Positions 9,807 through 19,858 of a stretch of 64,000 nt of DNA are shown piece by piece. Position 1 is the stretch's first letter. Each line of letters opens with the position of its first letter. Below the pieces are notes generated by a model, which saw only the letters and a list, made by a program, of their open reading frames with translations, was not told where the DNA came from and did not search any database. The stretch comes from Candidatus Eiseniibacteriota bacterium (GTDB taxonomy: Bacteria > ARS69), in contig JBQTGV010000005.1 in the NCBI GenBank assembly GCA_052390515.1, positions 1-64,000 of the forward strand, read 5' to 3'. Made by a program: the position numbers and the translations under genes.

Positions 9807-12446
9807 CTACAGGTCGATCCAGCGGTTGATCTTGATCAGGAAGACGTCGTGGGGGTGCTCGTCGAAGAGCCGGTCGAGGTCGCGGCCCACGTCGAAGCGC
9901 CCGTCCGGATCGAACCCGAAGCGTGACTGCGACCACACCAGATAGAGACTCGACCCCGGCGAGTACTCCCAGCGCACGACGAGGTTGGAGTTGAAGTCGC
10001 GCACGTTGAAGTCCGGGTCGCCGAAGGAGTAGTCGGTGGCTCCGTCCGCGTCCTCGTCCACGAGCCAGGCGCCGCCGGCCGGGTCCGGCGTGGTCACGCC
10101 GTCCAGGCGCACGAAGCGATCCTCGTAGCGGTCCGCGCGGGGATCGGTGATGCGCCTGAAGCCGGCGTACGTTCCCGCCGACACGAAGGGAGCGCCGTAG
10201 TACTGCACGGTCAGCCGCGGCGTGATCGCGTAGTCCAGCCGCAGTTCCACGTCGAACGTCTCCTGCTCCAGGCTCCCGTAGACGTACGCGGGCTCTCCGC
10301 TCCGGTCCGTGGTCTCGATGTACTGCAGGTCGGGACGGCTCCGGCTGTACTGCGGGCCGATCTCCCCTCGGATCGCGTTGCTCGGCCGCCACGCCACGTA
10401 CGTCCAGACGCTCGACTCGCGCCCGGCGCCGTCGTCGAAGCGGATGCCGCTTCCGCCGAGTCCTCCCGACAGCCGCCGCCTCGAGTCGGAGTGGAGGTTG
10501 CCGTTGAAGCTCACGTTGCCGGGGACCTTCATGGACGGTCCGCCACGCAGTTCGCTGAGGGAGATGCGCTCGTTCTCGCGGGTGATCCCCGCGTTGTAGT
10601 TCCAGTTGTTGCGGAAGTTGGCGTTGGTGTTGAAGTTGAACGCCTGGTAGGTGTTCTCGCCGCCGTACTCGAAGTCCAGCCACTGGTTCACGTTGAATCC
10701 CATGCGCCGGAAGATCCCGAACGGGTTGCGGATCGAGTAGCCGACCCAGGAGAACTGGTTGATCTCGTCGGAGTTCCGCATGAAGCCGAGGTCGTTGAGC
10801 TCGAAGCCCGGAGACCGCCAAGCCGCGCCGCCGTCGAAGTTGAGGTTGCCGCTCGACTTGCCGACCCGCATCGACCCCGCGTGGCCGTCCAGCGACGTGC
10901 GCGTCGTGTCGACCGACTGGCCTTCGTTGTCGGGACGCTGGAAGTAACGCGCCGAGGATGTCTGCGTGCGAAGGATGGCTTGCTCGCTGCCGGCCACGCG
11001 GCTGCCCAGCAGGTTCGCCGCCAGGTAGTAGTCCCGCTCGCCGAGGTAGTGGAAGAAGTCCACGCCGCCGGCGTACGCGGACTCGTGCAGGAAGTCCACC
11101 TGCGGGTCGTCGATTCGTCGGTTCACGGCGGTGACCATGCCGCCGATGCGGGTCTCGCCGCGGTCGAAGTCCCGCTGCACGCGACCCACGAAGTGACTGG
11201 CCGCCGGCTCCACGGTGACGTCGCGCCGTTCGCCGTCGAGCTCGACTCGGGCCTGCTCCTTCGCCGTGATGCTCTCCAGCACGCCGATCGACGTGCCCCC
11301 GACCTTGCCGGTGAGCTTGGCGGCCCCGACGATCGAGGTGTTCACGGGCTGATCGACGTAGCCGGGCTCGTTGAAGTCCGCGCGGTACTGGGGCGACCGT
11401 CCGATGCGCCGCGAGTAGAAGAGGCGGTCCGTCGCGTGCGTGCCGAAGGCCACCGACGGCGCGATCCGGAACTCGAAGATGTTCGCTCCCTCGATGAAGA
11501 AGGGCCGCTTCTCGTCGAAGAACGTCTCGAAGGCGGACAGGTTCACTTCGGATGGATCGGCCTCCACCTGCCCGAAGTCGGGGTTCACGGTCAGATCCAG
11601 CGTCAGCGCGCTGCCCACCCCGATCTTGCCGTCCAAGCCCCCGGAGACGTTTCCGTCGGACCCGTCGGCGAACGGATCGCCCGAGACCTCGGCGAAGCGC
11701 TCCTGCTTGGCCACCGTGTACGGCAGAAACTCGACCCGACGCTGCGGCCGGATGCCGCGGATCCCGTGCAGCTCCCCGAACTTGGACACCCACCCGTCCT
11801 CGTCCCTGGGGATCGGCTGCCACACGGACCGCTCTTCCTGGCGGTAGATGCGCCGCTGCACCTGGATGCCCCAGACGTGCTCCTCGCGGTTGTCGTAGCG
11901 GAGCTGGCTGAGCGGGATGCGCGCTTCCGCCGTCCAGCCCTCCGCGTCGATCCGCGCCTGGTGCTCCCACACCGGATCCCAGTTGCCGTCCCAGCTGTCG
12001 CCGTCCTGCGAGATGAACTCGTCGCCCTGCACTCCGGAGACGCTGGCGGTGAACGAGTACGCCGTGCGGTGGTCATGGTAGCTGTCGATGTTCACCTCGA
12101 CCCAGTCGCCGGGGAACTGGTCGCGGCGGCCGAGGATGCTGACCACGCCTCCCGGCTGGGGATCGAACGCGCGGTAGGCCAGGTAGAGGTTCTCGTCGTC
12201 GTACAGGATCTTGAACCGCGTGTCCGCGGTCGGCGGCTGGCCCTCCGCCGGCTCCTGCTGGGTGAAGCCACCGGACCACTCCACCGCGCTCCAGGCCTCT
12301 TCGTCGATGCTGCCGTCGATCCGGGGCGGCGTGGACGCCCGCTCCGTCACGTAGACACGCGGAGGGACCGCGGCGGCGGTGCCGGCCGCGGCCAGCGCCC
12401 AGAGGGCGGCGAAGAGCGGGGCGAAGCGGGAGGCGGAGGGGTTCAC
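9807..12446 (-). CDS. CBM9-like + DUF5916 secreted/outer-membrane protein
   Basis: Signal peptide; PRIDGSIDEEAW, DLTVNPDFGQVEAD, FETFFDEKRPFFIEG, LFYSRRIG; NLVVRWEYSPGSSLYLVWSQ barrel-like end. Confidence 0.88.
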   Translation of the reverse strand: MNPSASRFAPLFAALWALAAAGTAAAVPPRVYVTERASTPPRIDGSIDEEAWSAVEWSGGFTQQEPAEGQPPTADTRFKILYDDENLYLAYRAFDPQPGGVVSILGRRDQFPGDWVEVNIDSYHDHRTAYSFTASVSGVQGDEFISQDGDSWDGNWDPVWEHQARIDAEGWTAEARIPLSQLRYDNREEHVWGIQVQRRIYRQEERSVWQPIPRDEDGWVSKFGELHGIRGIRPQRRVEFLPYTVAKQERFAEVSGDPFADGSDGNVSGGLDGKIGVGSALTLDLTVNPDFGQVEADPSEVNLSAFETFFDEKRPFFIEGANIFEFRIAPSVAFGTHATDRLFYSRRIGRSPQYRADFNEPGYVDQPVNTSIVGAAKLTGKVGGTSIGVLESITAKEQARVELDGERRDVTVEPAASHFVGRVQRDFDRGETRIGGMVTAVNRRIDDPQVDFLHESAYAGGVDFFHYLGERDYYLAANLLGSRVAGSEQAILRTQTSSARYFQRPDNEGQSVDTTRTSLDGHAGSMRVGKSSGNLNFDGGAAWRSPGFELNDLGFMRNSDEINQFSWVGYSIRNPFGIFRRMGFNVNQWLDFEYGGENTYQAFNFNTNANFRNNWNYNAGITRENERISLSELRGGPSMKVPGNVSFNGNLHSDSRRRLSGGLGGSGIRFDDGAGRESSVWTYVAWRPSNAIRGEIGPQYSRSRPDLQYIETTDRSGEPAYVYGSLEQETFDVELRLDYAITPRLTVQYYGAPFVSAGTYAGFRRITDPRADRYEDRFVRLDGVTTPDPAGGAWLVDEDADGATDYSFGDPDFNVRDFNSNLVVRWEYSPGSSLYLVWSQSRFGFDPDGRFDVGRDLDRLFDEHPHDVFLIKINRWIDL

Positions 12447-12575
12447 GGGGCGGATCCTCGCGTTCGGCGGTTCTCTCACCGCGCCGACGTCCGCGTTCGG
12501 GCGGGTCCGGCGCCGCGTCGAACTGTCAGACGCACTCGCCCGGCGGACCGTTCATCCGGGGAAACGCGAGATCTC

Positions 12576-13103
12576 TCACCAACCGGACTCGGAGGCCTTC
12601 CCCGAGACCGCCTCTCCGGCGGCCATCTTCACGGCGGCGACCAGCCTCCCGAGCTCCTTCTCGCCCTCCGCTCCGTAGCCGCGAAGGATTTCCACCTGCT
12701 GCAGGGCCGCCTGGAGATGCGCTTCGCCAAGGTACTCCCGCGCCTGCGGGAAGTCCGGACGGATCTCCAGCGCCTTCCCGTAGTTCTCGAAAGCATGCTC
12801 CAGATCGCCGGTCTTCCGCTGGCAGAAGGCCAGCATGTTGAGGATCTCGGCGTCGTTCTTGCGCTTCTTGTTCGCCTGCTCGAAGCGAACCAGCGCCTCC
12901 TCGAACTTCCCCGCCTCGGCCAGCTCCATCCCGCGCTGGTACATCTGGTCCGCCTCGTCGGCCTTCGCTTCCGTGCCTTCCGCGGAAGTTGCCTCGCGCT
13001 CCCGCGCGCCGCCGCCGCTCGACGCGGCGATGGCTCCGCCGGCGAGCGCGGCGGTTGACACGGTGAGGAGGGCGAAGGTCCGGGCGCGGTTCGTGATCGA
13101 CAT
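12576..13103 (-). CDS. Secreted TPR protein
   Basis: AGGAG RBS, ATG 13103, signal peptide, about 3 TPRs (YGKALEIRPDFPQAREYLGEAHL). Confidence 0.85.
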   Translation of the reverse strand: MSITNRARTFALLTVSTAALAGGAIAASSGGGAREREATSAEGTEAKADEADQMYQRGMELAEAGKFEEALVRFEQANKKRKNDAEILNMLAFCQRKTGDLEHAFENYGKALEIRPDFPQAREYLGEAHLQAALQQVEILRGYGAEGEKELGRLVAAVKMAAGEAVSGKASESGW

Positions 13104-13353
13104 GGTGGAGCTCCTCTCGGGTGGGAGATTCGGATCGAGATGGAAACTACGGGCGAGGCGCGGGGCGCGCCAGATCCGAGCTCCTCCCAAGGGTGCCTTC
13201 CTGGAGCCGCAGTCCATCAACCGGTCGGGGCGCAGGACGATGGTGGGACGTGAACGAACCAAACGCCACGGCGCGAAGGCTCAGCCACCGCCGAACTGGA
13301 CCGTGGTGTCCGACGTTGCTCCGAGCCCCTGCCCTGCGGCGGGCAGGTAGTCT

Positions 13354-13935
13354 CTAGCGCGGCCTGCGCTCCCGAACCTCCTTGTGCGGCGGTGTCCTCC
13401 GGTACTTGATCTCCACCGTCGCTGTTCCCAGATTCGCGAGGCGCGATACATCAGTCGTTTGGATCCCACGTGCGTCCGTCGTCGCCGCCGAGTCCGCCGC
13501 TGCGGCGGTCAGCACAAACCCGTTCGAGTTCACGCCACCCTCCAGCGCTTCCTTCATGAGCAGCGTCATGTCCAGGGCAACCGCTCCGGTACGGCCGAGG
13601 TCCACCTCCGTGCGCCCGTACACCGACTCGTCGAAGCTCGTGGCCCACGTGACAGCTCCCGGAGTCCACGCGGCGGTGACAGGGTGGACGCGAAGATCCA
13701 GGGTTCCGTCTCGTGCCGCCCCGGCCAGGTCCAGACGAATGCTGGCCCGGGAGATGGCGATGTAGCCGAGGTCTTCTGGCGTGGCCAGATTGAAGAAGAT
13801 GCGGGCGTTCCCGAGACCGTCGTCCGCCGTCGTGACGTCCTGGACGGCGAGGTGGAGAGTCTCGGCGAACGAAGACGCGGCGGCGAGCACGATGCAAGCC
13901 CCGGCGACGAGACCGGCAGAGCAATGCGTCTTCAA
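13354..13935 (-). CDS. Secreted protein with DNRLRE-like beta-sandwich domain
   Basis: TTG start overlapping the upstream TGA; signal peptide; RIFFNL, ISRASIRL, VHPVTAAWTPGAVTW, NSNGFVL pattern. Confidence 0.65.
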   Translation of the reverse strand: MKTHCSAGLVAGACIVLAAASSFAETLHLAVQDVTTADDGLGNARIFFNLATPEDLGYIAISRASIRLDLAGAARDGTLDLRVHPVTAAWTPGAVTWATSFDESVYGRTEVDLGRTGAVALDMTLLMKEALEGGVNSNGFVLTAAAADSAATTDARGIQTTDVSRLANLGTATVEIKYRRTPPHKEVRERRPR

Positions 13936-15263
13936 CGGTAGCCCTCCTTGATTCGTCCCCAGGATCTCGTCTCGACGGAGACCGAGCCGCAGCCCTGACC
14001 GCGGGCGCCGATCGGACCGCAGCCGGCGGAGTTCGCCGGCAGGCAGGGCGAGGTATCGAAGACGGTGAAGTCCCCGAGCGTCGGATCGCAGTACTGCGGA
14101 TCGATCACGCGGTCCGTGGCAGCCATGCTGAATCCGCTCACGTCACCGCCGGCGTTCTGCCAGTAGACGTTGCAGCTTGGCACGACGGTGGCTGTGCTGG
14201 ACCGCCACACCGCCACCGCCCCGATCGAGCCCGTGACCGCATTGTTCTGGAACTGAACCGCTCCAGCCTGGAAAGCGGCCGCCGCGCCCGCCCCGAGCGC
14301 CGTGTTCTGGTGGAACGTGTTGCCGACGGCGGTGCCGGAGCCACCCGTCGAGAGAGCCCCACCACCCCCTCCTCCAAGCGTCGTCCGATTGGTCCAGAAC
14401 ACGCAGTTCTGAACAGTGTACGGCGCCGCGCCGAACGCGTTGATGGCCACTGCACCCCCGGCCGACACGGCCACGTTGTTCTCGAACCAGCAGTTCTCGA
14501 TGGTGACGCCCAGCTCGTACCCGCCGATGGCGATGGCACCGCCGCCTCCCGAGCCGAGCTCGGAGTTGCCGATGAACGCGCTGTTCCGGATCACCGCAAC
14601 ATTCGGAAGGCCCGGAGTGTACGGACCGGCGTTGATGGCGCGCTCGCTGCAGTTGATGAACGTGCAGCCGTCGACCAACAGGTCTGCCTCCAGCTGCGAG
14701 ATGCCCGCGCCTCCCGTCTGGGTGGACAAGTTGCGGAACTCACAGCCGACGACCTCCAGATCGGCGAACGTCACGAGGATTCCGGCCACTGCGAGCTGTG
14801 CTCCGTCCATGTCACGCAGGACACAGTCACGGAAGGTGACTTTCTCCGAGTCGACGATGAACGCACCAGGGCTCCTCACCGGAGCACCGGTGATGGTGAA
14901 GCCTTCCACCACCGTGGTCCCCGACAGAAGCTGCTCGCCGTAGATCACCTGCGGCTGGAAACCGGTGGCCCCCAGCATGTCGATGGTGGTGACCGAGGGT
15001 CCCCCCTCGGAGAGAAGCGTGACGCCATCCGCCAGGAAGGCGCAAGCAGTCTGCGGAGAGCCGAAGACTACCCTGGTCTCGACGTCGCTGTATGTGCCCG
15101 GAGCAACCAACACCGAGTCTCCGGTCACGCTGGCATCCAGCCCAGCCAGGATCGTCGGCTGGTCGGCAGGAACATGAATCACAGCACCCTCGACTCCTGC
15201 GGTCAGGGTCCCAACCGTCCCCGCTGCGGTCCAGAAGCGGCGCACCCAAGGTAGCCACCTCAT
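13932..15263 (-). CDS. Secreted right-handed beta-helix (pectin-lyase fold/Pmp-like) protein with C-terminal SWGxIK tail
   Basis: ATG 15263 coupled to the upstream stop; IHVPADQPTI..GDSVLVAPGTY start; repeated GGAI and CxFxxN motifs; ends DPQYC..SPCLP..C..IGA.G.GC.SVSVETRSWGRIKEGYR. Confidence 0.85.
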   Translation of the reverse strand: MRWLPWVRRFWTAAGTVGTLTAGVEGAVIHVPADQPTILAGLDASVTGDSVLVAPGTYSDVETRVVFGSPQTACAFLADGVTLLSEGGPSVTTIDMLGATGFQPQVIYGEQLLSGTTVVEGFTITGAPVRSPGAFIVDSEKVTFRDCVLRDMDGAQLAVAGILVTFADLEVVGCEFRNLSTQTGGAGISQLEADLLVDGCTFINCSERAINAGPYTPGLPNVAVIRNSAFIGNSELGSGGGGAIAIGGYELGVTIENCWFENNVAVSAGGAVAINAFGAAPYTVQNCVFWTNRTTLGGGGGGALSTGGSGTAVGNTFHQNTALGAGAAAAFQAGAVQFQNNAVTGSIGAVAVWRSSTATVVPSCNVYWQNAGGDVSGFSMAATDRVIDPQYCDPTLGDFTVFDTSPCLPANSAGCGPIGARGQGCGSVSVETRSWGRIKEGYR

Positions 15264-18200
15264 TCGAGCACCGCGATCTTGTGAGTCTGCGCGAACCCCG
15301 GGCCTGTCATCCTCACGAAGTAGACGCCCGAGGACACACGGCCTCCGGACGCATCCCTCAGATTCCACGTCAACTCCCCGGTACCCGCCGAGAGCGGCCC
15401 GTGCAAGAGACCTGCCACATGCCGTCCGCGAACATCGAACACGTCGACCGCGTAGACTCCCTCGTCGCCAGCTGCAATTCCGAACCCGAGCTGAACCGAC
15501 CCTCGTGTGGGATTGGCTGCCAGTGACGCCAGCGACGTGACCGCCGGAGTCCGGTCGACAGCCGTCGTGGCACGCCCGGTGTCTCCGGAGCGGTCGTCCA
15601 GCGGTTGTGACGGGAGCCCGGGGACCGTCCTCCCGACCTGCGGTGCCCCACTCATACGGTGGTAGCTCTTGACGACGTCGCTCGTGTACCTGGGGACGAA
15701 GTCGAAGAGCGTGTAGGTCGGCTTCAGCTTGGGCCGAAGGAGCTGGAAGATGTCGAACTGGCTGCCGTCGATCAGGTGCTCGTCCAGAGGGGACGCGGTG
15801 TACGTGTACCAGTAGCAGTTCTGCGACTCCAGGATGGGACTGCCGGCTTCGACGTAAGTCAGGACGAACTCCACGTTGACGCGCTCGACCATCAAGCCGT
15901 TGTTGCCTCGATCTACCACGGGTGACTCCATGCCCAGTTTCGTCAGGGCTCGATTGTTCGACCGCACCGCTTCGAGGCCCGCGCCGCTCGTCACCTCCAG
16001 CCAGTTCGCGCGGAAGTTCGCGGTCGGCCCGGTCAGCAGGGGATTCGAGTCCCGGCTGATGTCCACCGATCGCAGGGACTGCACCACGTTGTTGCTGTCC
16101 GCCTGGATGTTCTGTGTCTGAACCATCAAGAGGCCAGCGAGGTTGAAGTCCTCCACGTAGTTGCGCACGTACGTGGCGGTCCGGTTGTACGCCGCGTCGG
16201 CGCACACCCACGTGGACGCGACGCCCGTGTGGCTTCCGAGGCCCGCTCCCGTCCCTGGACCCACGATCCAGTTGCCGTCGATGAGGAGATGGTGAGGAGT
16301 CAGAAACGTCACGCCGCAGACGTTCGGGTTCGTCGTGGGCCAGATAATGTCGACGGCCGCGGAAGTCTCCCCCGGAATGACCAGCCCGAACAGGTCGACC
16401 TTGTTGTTGCGGATCGTGGCGTGAACGGCACCGTCGAGGAGAATCCCCGAGCGACCCACGTTGAAAAGGACACTCCCCCCACGCTCGATGGTGTTCGACT
16501 CGATGACCACCCCTTGATTCACCGCCCAGTCCACCCACGCGCCGACCTCCCCGAAGTCATGGATACGTGAGTTCCTGAGAGTGGTGAAGTTGTCAGGCTC
16601 GAAGAAGAAGATGGGGTATTCCGCGTAGCCGATGTCCGCGTACTCGATCACGCTCCCCGCGGCATCAGCATCCAGAAGGAGTCCGCCCCAGGCGTCGCCC
16701 GAGCTCGTCAGGGTCTCCGGACGGAAGTACACCGAGTCGCCGTCGGTCTCGCTCCCGGTCGTGAAGATCCTCCCCTGAGGGACGAGGTCAACCTTGCCGG
16801 CAACTCCGAACGACGTCTCCAGGCTCGGCGACACCGCGTTCGTCGCGACGACGTAGGTGCCTCCCAGAAGGTCCCACTCCCCGTGTTCCTCCTCTACAGA
16901 CCCGCCGCTCCACACGCCCCACGGGAGGAAGGCATCGGAGTTGTCGAGATAGATGTGCTTGGGCGGAGCACCGGCGATGTTCACGAAGTCCACATCGTCG
17001 AGATTCGGTGCGATCAGGTGCGCAACCGTGATCCCGTTCTCCGCGTCACGGATCGTCGCGTTCGAGATCGAGGAGAGCGGCTCCACCGAGCCTACGTACC
17101 CGTATCCCGTCCACTCCGCCCCGATGAGCTCCATGTGGAAGCCGCCCCAGTCCGTGCTCGTCGGCGTAGGACTATCCGAACGGAACGTGATGGGTTCGGG
17201 GATCGTCCCATCGGCGACGAGCTGTCCCCTGACGACGCACTCCGACTTCGGTGACGCCCCGTAGTTCGCCGACCCTGCCGCCGCCGGGCCGAAGCCGAGC
17301 GTCCAGCCGGGCGGGACTGTCAGCGAGTTACCCGTGTCGACCAGGACATCCCGGTCAAAGCTCACGTCGGACACGTTCCCCGTGAACGTGAGGCCCGCCG
17401 CGTTGGCGAGCAGGGTGTTGAGTTGCGCTGTGGTCAGCCCCGCATCCTCCAGAGCCAGCGCACCCCGGGCGTACCGGAACTCAGCGTTCGCCAGGGACGC
17501 GGCATCCAGGTCCCCCATGCGGATGCCGTACCAGTCGCCGGCCGTGGCTGCGGCTACCTCCCCGCCACCCAGGTAGTGCGTGTTCGCCGCGTCGTCGCGC
17601 GAGGAGGTGAAGGTGACCTCGTTGCCAGCCGTCCCGGCCACGACGAGATTCGCGGACGCCGGAACGACGATCTCCACGCGCTGCTGATCGACACCTGCGG
17701 CGAGCAGGTCCTCAGTACTGGCGATCACCGTGGCACCTGCGTTGACCGTGAGCGTACCGCCCGCCGGCACCGCCACGTCCTGCGTCAGCCGGATCTTGCC
17801 GTCCCACTCCATGTCAGAGGGGAGCACGAACGGCTGGTTCGCGGCCGGCGCGTCGTCGTACCTCACGGTCACCTGCATCACGCCGTTCCCACCGCCGGGC
17901 TCGGTCTCCCAGTGGATGTCGTAGAACGTGAGGCCGCTGTACATCGATTGCTCGCGCCGCATCGAGCACATGTTGTGGTCGCGGTACGCCGTCTCACTCG
18001 GATCATTGGGGACGAACCAGTAGACGTCCGTGCTCGGGTTGGTCCACGGCGCGAATACATTGGACACCCCGTTCCCCCAGATCTCCTCAAGGTCCCCAGG
18101 GTAGATCTCGTCCTCACAGGTCATGCAGGACATCTCGTCGAATCCCAGGACCGGGTCCGGCACCCAGGTCAGCGTGTCGACCATCCCCTGGGGCACCTCG

Positions 18201-19626
18201 ATGTCGATGGTCGGCGGGAAGTTCCCGTCCGGGCAGCAGGCCACGTCTTGTATCGTGCAGGGGGGATTGGGACACGGCGGTTGGGTGCAGTTCTCGCAGC
18301 CAACGTCTGCGCACAGTGGCGGGGCTTGCTGACCAAAGGCACCTATCCACCAGCCTTCAATGGAATGACTAACGTCCGGTTCCGGCCCGCAAGAAGGGCA
18401 GGCCCCGTGCGCCCGGTACCTCTCGTGCTCGGACACGTGGGCGATCACCAGACCGCTGTTCCCCTTCACAGCTCCGCCACAAGCGCCGCCCAGCGATGAT
18501 CCATCGGTGAAGAGGGTGGCCGTGCTATCCCGGCACTCGATGACGAAATACTGCTTCGGATCCTCGGTGTAGATGACGCCGAAGCCGGCCTGATCGCCGT
18601 TGGCGCCGACGTCTTCCAGAGTCAGAACCTGGGAACCAGGCCCACTGAAGCTGATCTCGTACTTGGGCTCGATCCACCCCAGCTTCCAGCGCATGATCGT
18701 TTCCATGATCGTGCCGGCGTAATAGTTTTCGTCGGTGCCGTCCATGACGCCGTAGCGTCCGATTGACTTGATGTGCCCCCCCGCCCACCCCACCGGAAGG
18801 GATCCCAGGCCGTTCAGCGCGTCGAGAACGTCGTGGCCGTACTCGTGAAGCACCAGCCCGCGGACCCGTGCAGCGCTCCGTTGGGAAAGCCTGGGAGCCA
18901 GATAGATGCCGTTGTTCGCTCGTATCTCGACGTTGTCGACGGGCTTCGGGTCCAGCGCGAGGTCTAACGTGGACGCTCCGGGGATGCCACTGAGGGCGAG
19001 CGCATGGGTGTCACCGAAAACCTGGCGCCAACAGATGATCACTTGATCGACGATGTCGTCCCCGTCCGCATCGAAGTCGTCGAAGCTGAAGGCCGGGTCA
19101 TTGTCGACCGAGTCGATCACCGCGTTATGCGCTCCGCGGAGGTCCTCGTTCCATGTCGCCATGCCGTCCTCCAGGTAGACGACCTCCGGGTAGACGACAC
19201 CGCGAACGTCGTGCTGGCCGTTGGACATCTGCAGGAAAAAGTCCGTGATGGAGCCGGGAACCGGCGTCTCGCCTACCTCCTGAAGCAGGAGCGGCGCCCA
19301 GGACGGCACCGGTGTTCCCGGACCCGAGGACAGAGGCCACGGATCGGGTGTGCAGGGTGATCCGCCGGGATCAGACTGTCCCTCGGCCTCCGCGAGGATG
19401 AACACGACCTTCACCAGTCCGGAGGGCGGAATCCCTTGCGCGGGCTCGTGTGGCACTCCCGCCGCGTGGGCGCACGTAGCGCTCTCCTGCGATCTGACGG
19501 CAGATGTCCCCGTGATGACGGCTGCCAGCGCAACGGCGAGCGCGGCAGCCGGACGGCGACGCGTCGCCGCGCGACAGGTCTCGAGAACATGGCTATGAGT
19601 GAGTGAGTGAGTGAGTGAGTGAGCAT
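15260..19626 (-). CDS. Large secreted M6 (immune inhibitor A)-like zinc metalloprotease with beta-helix repeats and FlgD-Ig/T9SS-like CTD; likely start currently out of frame
   Basis: GSITDFFLQMSNG, FDDFDADGDDIVD, HEYGH, GVMDG, WKLGWI, QYFVIECR (M6-like); CTD NPTRG..FDVRGRHV..TWNLRDASGGRVSSGVYFVRM; RBS-supported ATG 19626 is separated from the frame by (CTCA)7. Confidence 0.8.
19596..19623 (-). repeat. Perfect tetranucleotide simple sequence repeat (CTCA)7, (TGAG)7 on +
   Basis: Seven TGAG units counted from 19596 to 19623, directly followed by CAT (ATG on minus). Confidence 0.95.
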
Positions 19627-19858
19627 CGTTCGTTCCCCCCTCCAGACACGCACCGAGCGACGAGGTCGCGCCCCGGGCAAGCGGGCGGCGCCAGCTACCC
19701 ACGCGCCGCAGTCGAGTCCGAGGGGGGAACTCCCGGACGGAGCGCAGAGCTCCTCGCCCGCAGCGCGCCGACGTATCCAGGATACGCTCCCCGCGGGTGG
19801 GCAAGTCAAGGGGGCCGAGGAGTGAGGTCGCGGAACCGCGCTCCGTCGCGGGACTGGG

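Noticed and set aside
7663-11970. 1435-aa minus-strand ORF
   Set aside because: Arg/Gly/Ala-rich shadow ORF spanning an alternative frame of the DUF5916 gene and the antisense of the APC transporter; expected at high GC.
19627-19804. N-terminal extension of the protease ORF from TTG 19804
   Set aside because: Arg-rich non-protein-like sequence that would bury the signal peptide about 80 residues in; kept only as an alternative to the phase-variation model.
13331-19806. Similar segments CCCTGCGGCGGGCAGGT (~13332) and CCCCGCGGGTGGGCAAGT (~19789) flanking the lower-GC cassette as att sites
   Set aside because: Short, GC-rich and imperfect, with no integrase or tRNA nearby; consistent with chance.
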